From the NCBI GenBank assembly GCA_000165425.1, contig CT868023.1:62001-126000 (forward strand): a DNA stretch of 64,000 bases, written 5' to 3'. The notes under the pieces are model-generated. The model saw only the letters and a list, made by a program, of their open reading frames with translations, did no database searches and was not told the DNA's origin. Position 1 is the stretch's first letter. The number at the start of each line of letters is the position of its first letter. The position numbers were made by a program, and so were the translations under genes. This DNA is from Paramecium tetraurelia (taxonomy: Eukaryota). This document shows positions 15,699 through 27,841 of this stretch, piece by piece.

Positions 15699-16343
15699 TT
15701 AATATTAAAATATGTAATTTAAATATCATTCTTTATTTATGATAATATTAAATAATACTCTATAAGCTTTTGATGAACCAAATATATAATTCATATATCA
15801 ACCACATATATTTGATATAATCGATAATGATAAAATATAAGAGAATGTTTTATTCTCAAATAATACGATTAAGATATTCAATAAGCCAAGTCATCTCTAA
15901 GTAGTTTAAACATATTAATTATTTAATAATTTTTTTTTTTCATTTCTTTGGTATATACAAAGCAATTCTTTATTTCTTGATAAAATTTATTTTAGATTAA
16001 AATTTTGTTGAAGATTATATAAGAAATTGACCAGGATTAATCAGCGTGGTATATATATCAAGAATTAGTGATAATTATTAATTTCGTTTAAGCATATCGA
16101 GGAAAAAATATAATTTACTGATCTTTCTTTACTAATATGCTTAGATATTATTCTTAATAGGAAATGGATATTAGTGTTTATTATATATATTTTGTGAGAT
16201 TACAATTCTCAACTTTTTCTCTTTTGAAACTCAAACTATGGCATTTTTTCCTTTATAAATTATTATGATATCTATGTAATAAATATAGAAATATAATAAT
16301 TAAAAAAAATTATATATTTCCAAATTATGGATGAAGATTTTTT

Positions 16344-16838
16344 TCAATTTAAATTAACATATTCAGATATTATGACTAGTATGCAAATCATAGGAAGTGC
16401 AATGATTAATAGCAAATACAAGTTCCATGTATTTCTTACATATATTTGATTCTTTGATCTTAAAGAGAGAGTTGATTTTTAATTTCGAAAATTTTATGCA
16501 ATAATTGTAATACATTGTTGTTATTAGAGAAATTATTGGTTATGATTTGACTATGAGGAACTTGATTTTTCTAAGAATTTTAATCTAGCTTGTCTCACAG
16601 CTAAGTTTAAAACATTAAATTTTTTTTTTTTTTCAAAAAAGTGAGCTTGGGAAGAGAATTTTTTTGGTGTGTAAGTCTTATTAAGTCTCTCATACTCACT
16701 TTATCTCTCTAAAAGGTCCATTGTTATTTCTTAATATGTTTTCTATAGTTGCTTTGAAATCAGTGTAGAATTTCTTCCCAACAGTATTTATTTAGGTGAA
16801 CGTGAATAAGTATGGTTTACATTTGCATTTGGAACCAT
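16344..16838 (-). CDS. Small tail-anchored membrane protein (paralog A)
   Basis: Intronless code-6 ORF ending LYLLLIIALPMICILVIISEYVNLN*. Start uncertain. Confidence 0.55.
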
Positions 16839-17334
16839 CTCAATAATATTTTATTATATTATAATAACATTTGGATAAGATTTATCTCATAAATAATTAT
16901 TTTTTTTATAATCTCGTCAATTTATAATTGACATAATTTGAATATGGCTTTAATTATTGTAGACAAATTACAAAAGCCATCATTTTTTTAATAATGACCA
17001 ATAAAAATTTATTTAAAATAATTAATAAGAAATATCTAAGGCTTTTTTTGTTAATTTAGAAATTTGTAAAAACTTATTATCAATATAATATCTTTTAATG
17101 CCATAAATCGTTATTTAATATACACCCTGAAATTTTTTCAAAAAATCAATCCATAAAAAATAAGCCTCTTGTCTATCATGATTCAATTTAATCATAATTA
17201 TAAAATATCAGATGAAATTTTGTTTGAAAAAGGCCAGAAAAATTTAAATAATTAATTGCCTAAGGTAATAAATTTTAATTTTATTAATAATTACATCATT
17301 ATTGATAAAAAATTATTAATATGTAAATATATGA

Positions 17335-17841
17335 TCATATTATTAGGGATTTCTACTTAAATAACTCTAAAAAAACTACAATGAAGCATAGCATTGGAAT
17401 TGCCAAGGACAAAACTATATTCAATTCGATTTTCTTAGTATTTTAAGTTTAATTAAAAAACTCTTTACTTTTGTTTTGAAGTCTCTTTTAATCTCTTAAA
17501 TATTCAACTATAAATTTCATTGCGCTTTGTTGTTTTTCGAGATTATATTTACTATGTTGTGAATCAGAATCAATAAATCTTTTTTTAGCGTCTTGAATTA
17601 TGGTTCTAAATTTATTATTTTGAGCCTCCTTTCTTTCTGATGTATTGACTATACTTACACTGTGGTAATTGGGAAATTTGTAAAGATCTTCATACACTTT
17701 TTAACGAATTAAAAATTCACTGCTGATTTCTTTTTAAGACTCAATCTCTTTTTTCTTTGCTTATTAATATTGCTTGGGATGATTAGATTAAACTTATAGC
17801 GATATTTTTCTATTTGGCTTTGGATAAAACTTTGAATTCAT
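17335..17841 (-). CDS. Small tail-anchored membrane protein (paralog B), 168 aa
   Basis: MNSKFYPKPN...IVLSLAIPMLCFIVVFLELFKQKSLII*; extends the track ORF 17488-17697 under code 6. Confidence 0.6.
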
Positions 17842-18411
17842 GATATTTATTTTAATAATAGAAGAAAATGTTTATAGGATTTTTCTAAGAATACCAAATT
17901 GCTTCTGAAAATATTAGGAATATCAAAATTCCGAATGATAAATTCTTGTGCAAGAATAGCCAGAATTATTTGTAATTCATATACCATTATCTGAATATTT
18001 GAATTAATTAATAAAAAATATTATGCTTTTATAATTAAATTAATTGATTGTTTCATTAAATATGACTATGAATTAATAGTTCTGAAAAGAATTTAAACTT
18101 CATAAAACATTTTAATGAACTAGAAGGATATTATTTTTAAATAAATAAGACTATTTCCAATTAAAAAATTTATTTATTTTCGGTTAAATCATTTAGAGTA
18201 ATATCGTTAGAAATTTGAGTTGTTAATTTTTCACTCAAATTTCTACCTAAATATATAATTATATAATTGAATTAAGTAATAAATGAATTTCAATTGATTA
18301 TATTAAATATTTTTGTTTTTGAGAAGTAATTCAGAATTGTAATGTTTAGCTAATTGTTTGATATTAAAATATCTAATTTATATTTAATATATATAGAATT
18401 GAGAATCAAAT

Positions 18412-20176
18412 TCATTATTACTTTTTTTTAGTCTAAATTTTATTCAGTTATAATTATAATTATTGTATTTCATCATCCAACTTTCTGATTTCTTGTCTAT
18501 GTTTTACAAAAATGTTTATTTGATTATTGAACTAATTAATACATAGAAATTAAGTACATCAATAAGACTTTTGAGTGTTCCAATTTCATCCCTCATTAAA
18601 TCTGTATAATTTTGAAGGATTTCAACTCCTCTCATAACTTCTTTGTCTCTCATTTTTAGGAATTAATATTGTTTTTCATTTTAAGTTTGCATTCGTTTAT
18701 CATAGAGTAATTTTTATTATTTATCGAAGCCTGTGAGAGAGGTGAATATCTTGGATTTATAACTGCTTTGTAAGTTTTATTTGATATTATTGTATTTTAA
18801 TCCTCTAAATTCTCGAATCTTGAGTATCTCAGTCAAGAATTGAGTGTAAGAATCAGGGAAACCATCTTTATATTTTTTTTCAATTTTATCAATTTATTAG
18901 CTTAATTCACTAAAGTGATCTAAATAATTTAAATAAGAATACATATCCATCAATTCGAAATTGTATCTGATACAGTCAAGCTCTAATTAATCAATGTTCT
19001 ATTGGATGACTTGTAAACACTTTTCATACTCAGGATTATCATAGAATTAACTCAGTTGAACATAATACAATGACATGGCTTGATCTCTCATTTGATTCAA
19101 TTTATAAGCCAAGGAATCAACTGTGACTTCTTCTGAGATTGAACAAAACTCCCTGATTTCTTTATAATATATGCTTTCTATATAGTCTTTCTCATATTTA
19201 ATTTATTTTTGAATGGCTTTCAAAAATCTACATGGAATAGTAATATGATATATACATATTTTCTATTACATTAATTTTATCTAACTCGGACATTGAACTT
19301 TTAGTAATTATCTCAGCAATTGAGAAGAAAGTCAAAAAATCGATTTCATAACTTCTATAAATCTTTTTCTATAATGACATTTCAAGTTCCAAGGCCCAGT
19401 TATATAGAGTGTCGGATGGATTATCAACAAAGGATGAACCTGAAGCACTCAGATAATTAGATTCTTCCATGATTGTAATTTTGATATTGTCATAGATTTG
19501 ATACCATTTATATTGGTCTATACTCTATCCTTAGCCTTCAACCAAATTGATAATCTGTAACTTGTAATTAGGATTATCATCATGTTTAGTGATTTAATGA
19601 AAATTTTCCAAAATCTCATCATCATTATTGTTAATGAGGAATACAATTTCACTTGCCAAAATAGAGGCCACTGTCATTAAAACTGTATCTGCATGTATAA
19701 ATACACTATTGTTCTCAACCAAATTCAAACTTTATCTTCTCAACTGTTTTTCCTTAAACTATTCTCCTAAAATGCATAAAAGTTGATATAATTAGATGTT
19801 CTTATGTTCATTGTATATCACATGATTCCAAATGTAAATTCCTTTTTACAACGTTGTGTCTATGAGGGGTAAGCTTTTATCGAAGTTCAATTTAGAAAGT
19901 TGATTTATTTCAGACCGTGTAGCTACATAGACAACGAAAGAAGCAGGCCCAGTTCTAAAGAGTGAATTCTAATTTAAAATTAGTGTAAAATACATATTTC
20001 TTAATGTCCAAACATAACTTGATTTGCTTAACATTATCGTCCCATTGTAAAAATCTTATTGGTTTTGCATCCACATGACTTTTCTTCATCTGTGATGGTT
20101 GCATAAGAACTGTGGCCTTCTTAACTACTTTTTGATTTATAAAAGGTGATAATTGGTTAGACTAGAAAACATTCAT
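18412..20176 (-). CDS. Guanylate-binding-protein/atlastin-like protein with degenerate GTPase motifs
   Basis: QKGIYIWN (cf. GBP TKGIWMW) and VASILASEIVF (cf. LAVLLSSTFVY), followed by a long helical/coiled-coil tail. No GxxxxGKS motif. Confidence 0.5.
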
Positions 20177-20246
20177 TTTCCTATATTAAATTTCAACTAT
20201 TATTTTAATAATCACAATAAACACAATCACTATTACACTTTAATTA

Positions 20247-21488
20247 TCATTCTTTGAAAAACTCATGTTGCAATACTTCTTCAGCCGTTATCCTAACTCT
20301 GTGATCATAAACAAATATCTTATTCAATAAATCAATTACAGCAGGACTTGCGAGTTCTCTGTTCTCCTCATCAACGAAATTCTCCAAAGGTTGCCTCTCA
20401 TATCCTTCCAATGTTTTTTTGAATTTCTCGGTTAATGTAATGTTATACTTCTCACAATACAAAAATAAATCCTTTGAACCCAATACCTTGACTACTTATA
20501 ATAATTAATCATCATTGTTTCTTCCTTTGAAAAAAGGGTACTTTTTAAATATAGTAGATGCTAGGATTGATCCTAAAGCCCATACGTCAACTGCATAATC
20601 ATAATGCTTATAATGGACCAATTGTTCTGGAGCCCTGTAATGACGAGTCCCTACTCTTGTCCTGTATTCTTTCAATGGATAGTAAAAATCACTCACTCCC
20701 CAATCAATTATTTGTATCTCATCATTTGAAACTATAATATTTTAAGGTTTTATGTCTAAATGCATAATTCCCTTTGAATGAGTAATGCTGAGACCCTGAA
20801 ATAACTAGAAATAAAACTTTTTTATCTCCTCCAAAATTAAATCATGATAAAATGAATAGATCCTATAATCAAGGGTTTTGCTATCCTCTAATTCCTAAAA
20901 CACTAAAACAGGGCTTGTATCGTTCATATACATATCCACTAATCTTACAATTGATGCTTTCTTTTCCTCATTCAAAATATCTATAATTTATGCTTCCATT
21001 CTTGCCCACCACAGGTATTATGATTTTATTTACTTCAAAACAACACGTAAACCATCTGATAATCTTACCCCACTTTACACAAATGCAAAGGTACCATCGC
21101 CTAAGTATTTTTTTACGGCATAATCACTCATATTTCCTTCAGGAATTATTAAGGGAATCAATTCCATTTTATTTACATTTTGGTGTATTCTAGATACTCT
21201 TAAATCATTCAAGTTTATCTCTTGATTATAATCATAAGGTGATAGTTATTCTACAAAATCTGTAGTTTTATCATCATCAAAGTAATCAGGTGAGATTGAA
21301 GAATAATGATTTTTTTGATTTGTAGTTGAAGAATGGACAACAACATTATTATCATAGTAGTGTTTCTATTACCCTCCTAACATCACTGCTATTGATTAAT
21401 TAAGAAATGCATCATTAGGATCAGGGGATTCCCTTCCAAAAGTTAAGAGAAAAATAGAAATAATAAATAACATAAAATAATTATTCAT
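20247..21488 (-). CDS. Casein kinase 2 alpha-like kinase with N-terminal signal peptide
   Basis: LGDGTFA, VVLK, IMHLDIKPQN, IDWG, RVGTRHYRAPEQL, YDYAVDVWALG and PFFKGRNNDDQ motifs. Hydrophobic N-terminus MNNYFMLFIISIFLLTFG. Apparently intronless. Confidence 0.88.
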
Positions 21489-21507
21489 TTCAATTGATGA
21501 TAATCAG

Positions 21508-21561
21508 GCTCGCTTCTTTACTCTTGTAAGGGATGCGTGACAACCCCTACGCCAAATGAGC
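21508..21561 (-). pseudogene. tRNA-Val(TAC)-like relic lacking the T arm
   Basis: GCTCATT/AGCGAGC acceptor stem (one mismatch), A-box TGGCGTAGGGG, D arm, anticodon loop CT-TAC-AA. No GTTCRA and only 54 nt long. Confidence 0.55.
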
Positions 21562-21609
21562 AATTATAACTTTGAAACTGTAATTTAATAGTTTATAAAA
21601 TAATTTGTA

Positions 21610-22239
21610 TCAACAACAATCCTTCTTTTTTTTTTATGCTGATTTTGTATTTTTGGTTAAGTTTATTTTATAATTATTGTCTTCTGTAAGATTTGGCAAT
21701 GAAACCTTACCATTACATTGCTAACATGCTAGATCAGCTAATCTTTAAAATGCCTCATGAACATTTAGACCTAACTTGGCTGATGTTTCAATATAATCCA
21801 CATTTAATTAATTTGCTAATTCTTCTCCTTATTATTACGATACGACTCGTTAATCACCTATGTCTTTCTTATTAGCAATCAAAATTATTGCAATATCATT
21901 TTTGCCATGTTGCTTTAAAGAATTCATCCAAAATGTGATTTCTTGAAATGATTTCAAATCATCTACAGCATAAACAAGCAATACTCCATGAGCAAATTTA
22001 TAATAATTTTATGTTAAAGTTCTAAATTTCTCTTATCCAGCAGTGTCCCAAATTTGCATTTTCATTACTTTGCCATTTGTTTTCACTTCTTTGAATTTAA
22101 AATCAACTCCTATTGTAGTAATATGACTTTCACTATAGTTATCATCAGTAAATCGTGTTAAAAGATTTGTCTTTCCCACTTAAGAAGATCCAAGGATTAG
22201 AAACTTGCACATTATATCATAAGTTGGTTGCTTTGACAT
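21610..22239 (-). CDS. Rab GTPase (Rab1/Rab8-like)
   Basis: GSSQVGKT, TTIGVDF, WDTAGQE, NKKD and ETSAK motifs; C-terminal DCC* prenylation motif; intronless. Confidence 0.93.
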
Positions 22240-22993
22240 ATATATTTCTAATTACTTTAGATTATAAACAAATATAAATTTTTTAATTTTGTGATCATAA
22301 TGATTACTTTGAAATCTTATAGAGACTCTGCACCCTTATTTTAATGTATTGGCATGAATAATATCTACCTCAATCATGATTCATATCACTTAAATTTAAT
22401 TCCTGTTTCTGTTAGTTAACGTAATAATAATAGAAAAAAATAGGACAAACGAGCTAATTTTATCTAAATTTAACTCTAAAGCCAATTAACTTTAATCAGA
22501 TTTGAATATAGATTTTATTCTAAATTAGCGTTATGTTCTATGAATTTTATTATCAATTTTGAAGGTAGCCTCATAAAAATAATACTCTATATGCAATTAC
22601 TTTTAACTCTTTTGGTGATTCATCTTATAAACAACAATTATAATAAAATCCTCCTTGAATTCGTTATTGATAAACTCTAAAATGAAAATTTAGAGGATTT
22701 TTAATATATATAACTGTTGATATCACATTATTTGATCACTAGGGTATTCTCAAATTAATTATAAAATTTCCATTATTATAATTAATATACTTTTAAATTT
22801 ATACGATGTCACTAAAAAGAATCATAAACCTCCTATTTTTAAATGAAGAGCAATTAATTATAATAATATTAAAGTGTAATTAAAGAAAGCAAAAGTAAAT
22901 AAATCACATTTTAAATGAGTCTTAAGAATACTCAATTTAAAGGGTATAATTAATAGTAATTTGCTAAATAGACAAAATATACAATGCGAAGAA

Positions 22994-24660
22994 TCATTAT
23001 TGTTAAGCAAGTTTCTTAATAGTTACAAGATCATTTAATTCCTTATTAACATCTTAAATTTAATCGATTATCTCTAGTAATTTCTATCTTTTTTCTTTTT
23101 TAATAGTCATATCTGTTTGTTATTGAATTTATTCTTCAATATCTTAGTATTATAAATTGAGGGCTGTCAATAGTTCATCTAAGAATCGTATTCTTTAGAC
23201 AGCTTCAACATATTTCTAGTTCTTTCTACCAAGTTATTAATCATTCAAAGTTATTTCATCTCCAATAATAACAGCATTATTATATAAATCATTCTTTTAC
23301 GAAGATGGATAATTTTCCTCTAAAGTCTTTACTATTAATCGGCTGACACCACTACTTTATGAATCATATCCTTATTATTTTTAATTCTAAAAGTTATTAT
23401 TTTGCATTGATTGAGATTGAGTCAGGAACTAAGGATCTTTCAATTTATTCAGACTCTTGCTTTTAATTTAACGTAGGTCTCTTATTTTTGAGGCCTTGAC
23501 TGACATTTCTTTTGAAGATATTTATTTGATATTCTTTTTTTTTGTGACTCTTGGACTTATTGTAGTTAAATTAGATTTTGAAGATAGAGTAATTAATTAT
23601 TGTCTCAATTATTCTATTCTTATATTTGATTCAGATGATTTTTTTACTCTTCTAAATTCAGATTCTTCAAGTTCTTATGTTTTTATATCTAAATTGGATT
23701 TCAAATTTTCAATGGCATCATTAAGCTATTAGTTTTCTTTTGTCAAATGTTCTAATTAAAATTTTAATTAATTATTTTCTTCTTCCAACTCTAGAATAAT
23801 AAAATAAAATACTTCTAAATATGCTTTCATTATAATAATCTGTATACTATTCTATATAAGCATCAGCCTCAAAAAGTTTCTCTTTCAATTTAGATAATTC
23901 TAATTATAATTTTTCATTGTTTTGCTACAAAAATCGTTTCTCATTTTTCTCTTACTCCAATAGAAATTAGAGGTGTGAATAATTCTAAAAAAATGTTATA
24001 CCAAATTTACCTATTTTTCTTATTGTAAAGATTGGTTTTATGAGTTCATCTTGTTTCGATAATTAGTGTTATTTTCTTCTTGAATTCTCAACTACTCAAT
24101 TCTTTTGATATAAGAATAAAGATTACAAATTTTGCTTTTCCTCTATATATTCTCTGTATTTTTGATCAGCCTATTATGTAATGTTCAATAAATTCTATTA
24201 TAATTGTGTAATTTTGCATTCATAATCCTCTATCCTCATTTTAGCTGTAAATTCTTATTGCATCAGTTTCTACTCAAGTTCTTTCGTTTATAAGCTTTCA
24301 CTAGTTTTTAGATGAACACTGGATTCCTTTAGTTTTCTCTCATTAGACTTTAGATTACTCTTACTATCATTAGATGTCTAATCAATTATAAAGTCTTACT
24401 ACTAGACTCTGTAAACTTTAATTCTCAAACTCAAGCTATTTGATCTTCTCTTACAAAGCCTTCATTGCATTCACATAACTTTGAGAAACTGTAAGGTTGT
24501 TACTCATTTTTTATTCATCTGATGGGCTGGAAACGATATATTGCTTTTTTTATTGGTCTTTGCCTCGAACTTTATACCCAACGAAAAGCTAGGAATTTAT
24601 GAATTAGTTGTATTTAGAATGCTTATCGGAAAGCACTGAGTGAAAGCTATCAGCTTTCAT
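22994..24660 (-). CDS. Coiled-coil hypothetical protein
   Basis: MKADSFHSVLSDK... E/Q/K-rich frame with short introns. Confidence 0.6.
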
Positions 24661-24799
24661 TAATTTATTTATTTATAAATAGTAAGTTATATAACTGCAA
24701 AACAGATTAGAATTTAATAACAAACAACACAGATAATTATTTTCATTAGGAAGAACATTAAACTCAAAATTACAATAATCCGACTAAAAGAATAATTTT

Positions 24800-25676
24800 A
24801 TATCTTATCATTCTGAAAAACCCTAATTTTAGAAATACCTTTTCGTATTAAAAGCTATACTTTAATCTTCAATTTTATTTAATAATTGAGATTTCATTTT
24901 ATTTTTGTTGAGAGTAGTACCAATATAGAGGAGAAAATATTATCCAAAAAAACAAAGGGTATAAAAATAAATTATTTATTGGAATAACAATAGCAGCCAT
25001 AGAAAAATTAATTTCACCTTTCTGTTTATAATGAGCAACACTTATCCAACAGCTTGAATTAACTTTAATTAAAAGTTTAGTTTTTCAATTATGAATTTCA
25101 AATAAATTGTTTATTTACAATGATGACAAATTATTATGCAGTGATGCTGATAAAAATATTATAATATTTTATATATTATCACTATAAATACTTGTTTAAA
25201 AATAGATGAGCAGTAATAAGGATGATGAATATAACCGAAAAGGCTTCTATTAGGAAGATACAAACCTTTTTATTAACATCATCATCCTAATAAATCTGAT
25301 GTTGAACGTGAGATTTATACTGTTTGACCTGTTTAAGTTGATCTTCTCTTTACTTTATATAGAAGGGCACACACTAAAGTTATTTGAAATCATATACTTA
25401 TTATTATTCTAATCTGTTGATTATTGAATTAGGGGGGGTTTCAAGAGACTTAAGGTTTTTCTGTTATCCCATCTCTTTTAATACCTGAGATTTAAAATCA
25501 GATTGATTTGACTCTGTTTCTATTATAATCTTTCTCTTTTGAAAATGAGAGAAGTCATCAGTCATAAATTTCTTGAACTTGCTACTGCCTTTCTATGTTT
25601 CTTATGTTTGAGCTTCAAAAGCCTAATTGTTTTATGAATTATTGGTATTAATATGTCCAAAAGATCCTCTTTTCAT
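24800..25676 (-). pseudogene. Hypothetical ORF or truncated relic resembling a ciliate K+-channel N-terminus
   Basis: MKRGSFGH...FIRMMMLIKRFVS resembles the pre-S1 segment of the channel at 37653-40426. The frame breaks near 25100 and no pore or CNBD follows. Confidence 0.3.
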
Positions 25677-25797
25677 TATATGACAAGGGTAAAATTTTAA
25701 TTTAATTAATATTGACTAATGTTAATACAATTAGTTAAAATTAAGATCATATAAAATAAGTGATATTTTATTGAGAATATAAATATTAAGTTAAAAA

Positions 25798-26675
25798 TCA
25801 CTTATTTTAGTAGGTTTAAAGGTTTGATTTCTTTGAAATCTCTTTGACTCTTTAGTTCAGATCACCTTTAGTTTTAAGCGTAGAAGCCTTTTTTAATTCC
25901 TCAAGCTTTAAATTCTTCTCGTGATATTTTTTTGAATCTGATATAAGAAATCTTATGATTTAACTTTCTTATATTTCTTAAGTACAGAACAAAGAATTCA
26001 AATAAGTCTCTAAGTCCTCCTTTCTCTTTTCGATATTCTCTTAAGATAATTACATTAAGTATTACCTGGTTTTTCATGAGTTTACCCAAATAATTTCCTT
26101 GTTGGAAACTATGGTAATTTGTTTTTGAATCCCTGTTCTATAAGGGCTTCATGTATATTTTTGATTTCAGAATATCTTTGTTTGTATACCCATTCATCAT
26201 TTGTATAATTATTCTTGAAACGAAGAGAATACACTACTACGTCATCATACAAAGCATAGTTTTCAATCTTTATAGTAATATTCATTCTAAAGATATTGTT
26301 TATATTCTACTATTATTTTTGATCAGTCTCTAGGGGTAAATATTGTTAGAATGGTGTTAAACTAAGTATTTTTTCAATGCTTAAAAGTTCATTAAAATAA
26401 ACTTCTAATTCAAATTGTCTTTGCTGAATTCTTTCCTCATTTTTATTGGTTTTGCTAAAGAGAGATCTCCCTGGGAACTATGGCAATTACAATTATAGTT
26501 TTAATAGAGTAATATTCTTGTGCAACTGATCGTGAAAATCTTTAATTTCAGAATACCTACTCGTAGTTGTTTTAGTTTCTTTCTCATTATTTAAATTAGT
26601 AACTGTGATTTTATAGTGAACTTTATCGTTTTGTATCTCGTGGTTAAGCTAAGCTTTAAACCTCTGTACCAGCAT
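25798..26675 (-). CDS. Tandem PX-domain protein
   Basis: SRYSEIKDFHDQL...LPQFPGRSLF...IQQRQFELEVYFNEL, then a second LPQFPTRKLFG...IEKRKEDLETYLNSL. Confidence 0.8.
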
Positions 26676-26783
26676 TTATCTTTATTGATAATAAAATAAT
26701 TATAAAGTGAATAAAACACCAAATTCAATATATTAAGTTTAAATTTATAAATAAAGTATCTTATACTCACAAAAATTATATTA

Positions 26784-27780
26784 ATGGGTTTTGTGAGAAT
26801 CATGAACAATTCTGAAAAAATGAATTTGCTCTTTTATCGAGACTACAATAAATCATATATAAAAACGAAATCATGGTTTACTTTAAATAAATCAGAAACT
26901 ATGCAAACATCAAAAGGAAAAAAAGTCGAATAGATGCCCATTAATTCAACTAATTCTTGGAAAAAGGAATTCCATAGGCTTATCATCTACTAAAACTAAA
27001 TTAGAAGATTAAAATACAACTATTACTTAGAAAACTTAAAACATAACTAAGTAAATCTAAAAGAATAAATATCACGCAGGTATAACAAGATAGAAATTAA
27101 GAAAAATAATAGAACTAGAGAAAACAAGAAAACAGATCAAAAAAAATTTAAAATAGGATAAATTTGTTCCAAAACCTTTTGAAGAAAAGCTTATGAATTC
27201 TTGTTAGCTGTCATTTTATCTCTCTCCTCCTGAAAATTAGTTGGATAGTTCATTTTTTAACTTATTTGTACAACAATTACAAAATTTAATCTAATAAATG
27301 GTTTTATATCAAATAGGAAAATTAAATATTGATTCATTCGAAATGCGCTACAATCTAAAGTTGTGTTTATCTTGGAATCGCATATAAAAATATCAAGTAA
27401 AAATTTACAAATTATGCTTAATATTATATTATATAAAAGTTTGGGCATATTTATTAAAAATTATAAATTAACAGAATTAACAACATTTGACATCAATTTA
27501 GATCAAACATATTTCTAAAAATATCAGAAACTCCATATTGTCCAATTTAAGGTTTGACTATCTATAAATAGATTGTGAAAGATTGAAAAATTTCAACATC
27601 CTATATGTTTCAATGAACAACCTTAAATTTCTAGATTATGCTTTATCATAATTAAGTAAGTAAATTAATTTAAATAATTAAAGTTAACAATATTATAACC
27701 AAAACTATTTTTATATATTACAAGTTATAATATGTATTTATATGTTCTAATTAGAATGCTAAACACAATTAGATGATTGA
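26784..27780 (+). CDS. Hypothetical protein
   Basis: Open code-6 frame from ATG 26784 for more than 200 codons; 3' end uncertain. Confidence 0.4.
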
Positions 27781-27841
27781 AAGAATAATTTTTATATGTT
27801 TAAATGGTGCTATATTTAATTTATATATTTTTAAAGAGCCT

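Noticed and set aside
15700..18400. AT-rich stretch as a retained IES or transposon
   Set aside because: No terminal inverted repeats or transposase motifs seen; much of it is explained by two small genes. IESs cannot be called without a germline comparison.
21541..21547. CAACCCC resembling a ciliate telomerase RNA template, with potential pseudoknot pairing nearby
   Set aside because: The intergenic gap is only about 120 nt, the conserved upstream GUCA is absent, and the motif is explained as the antisense of a tRNA D-loop.
21495..21580. TGATGA as a box C of a snoRNA, or ATGA as a SECIS core
   Set aside because: No suitably placed box D (CTGA), no apical AA or SECIS helix, and no adjacent gene with an in-frame TGA.
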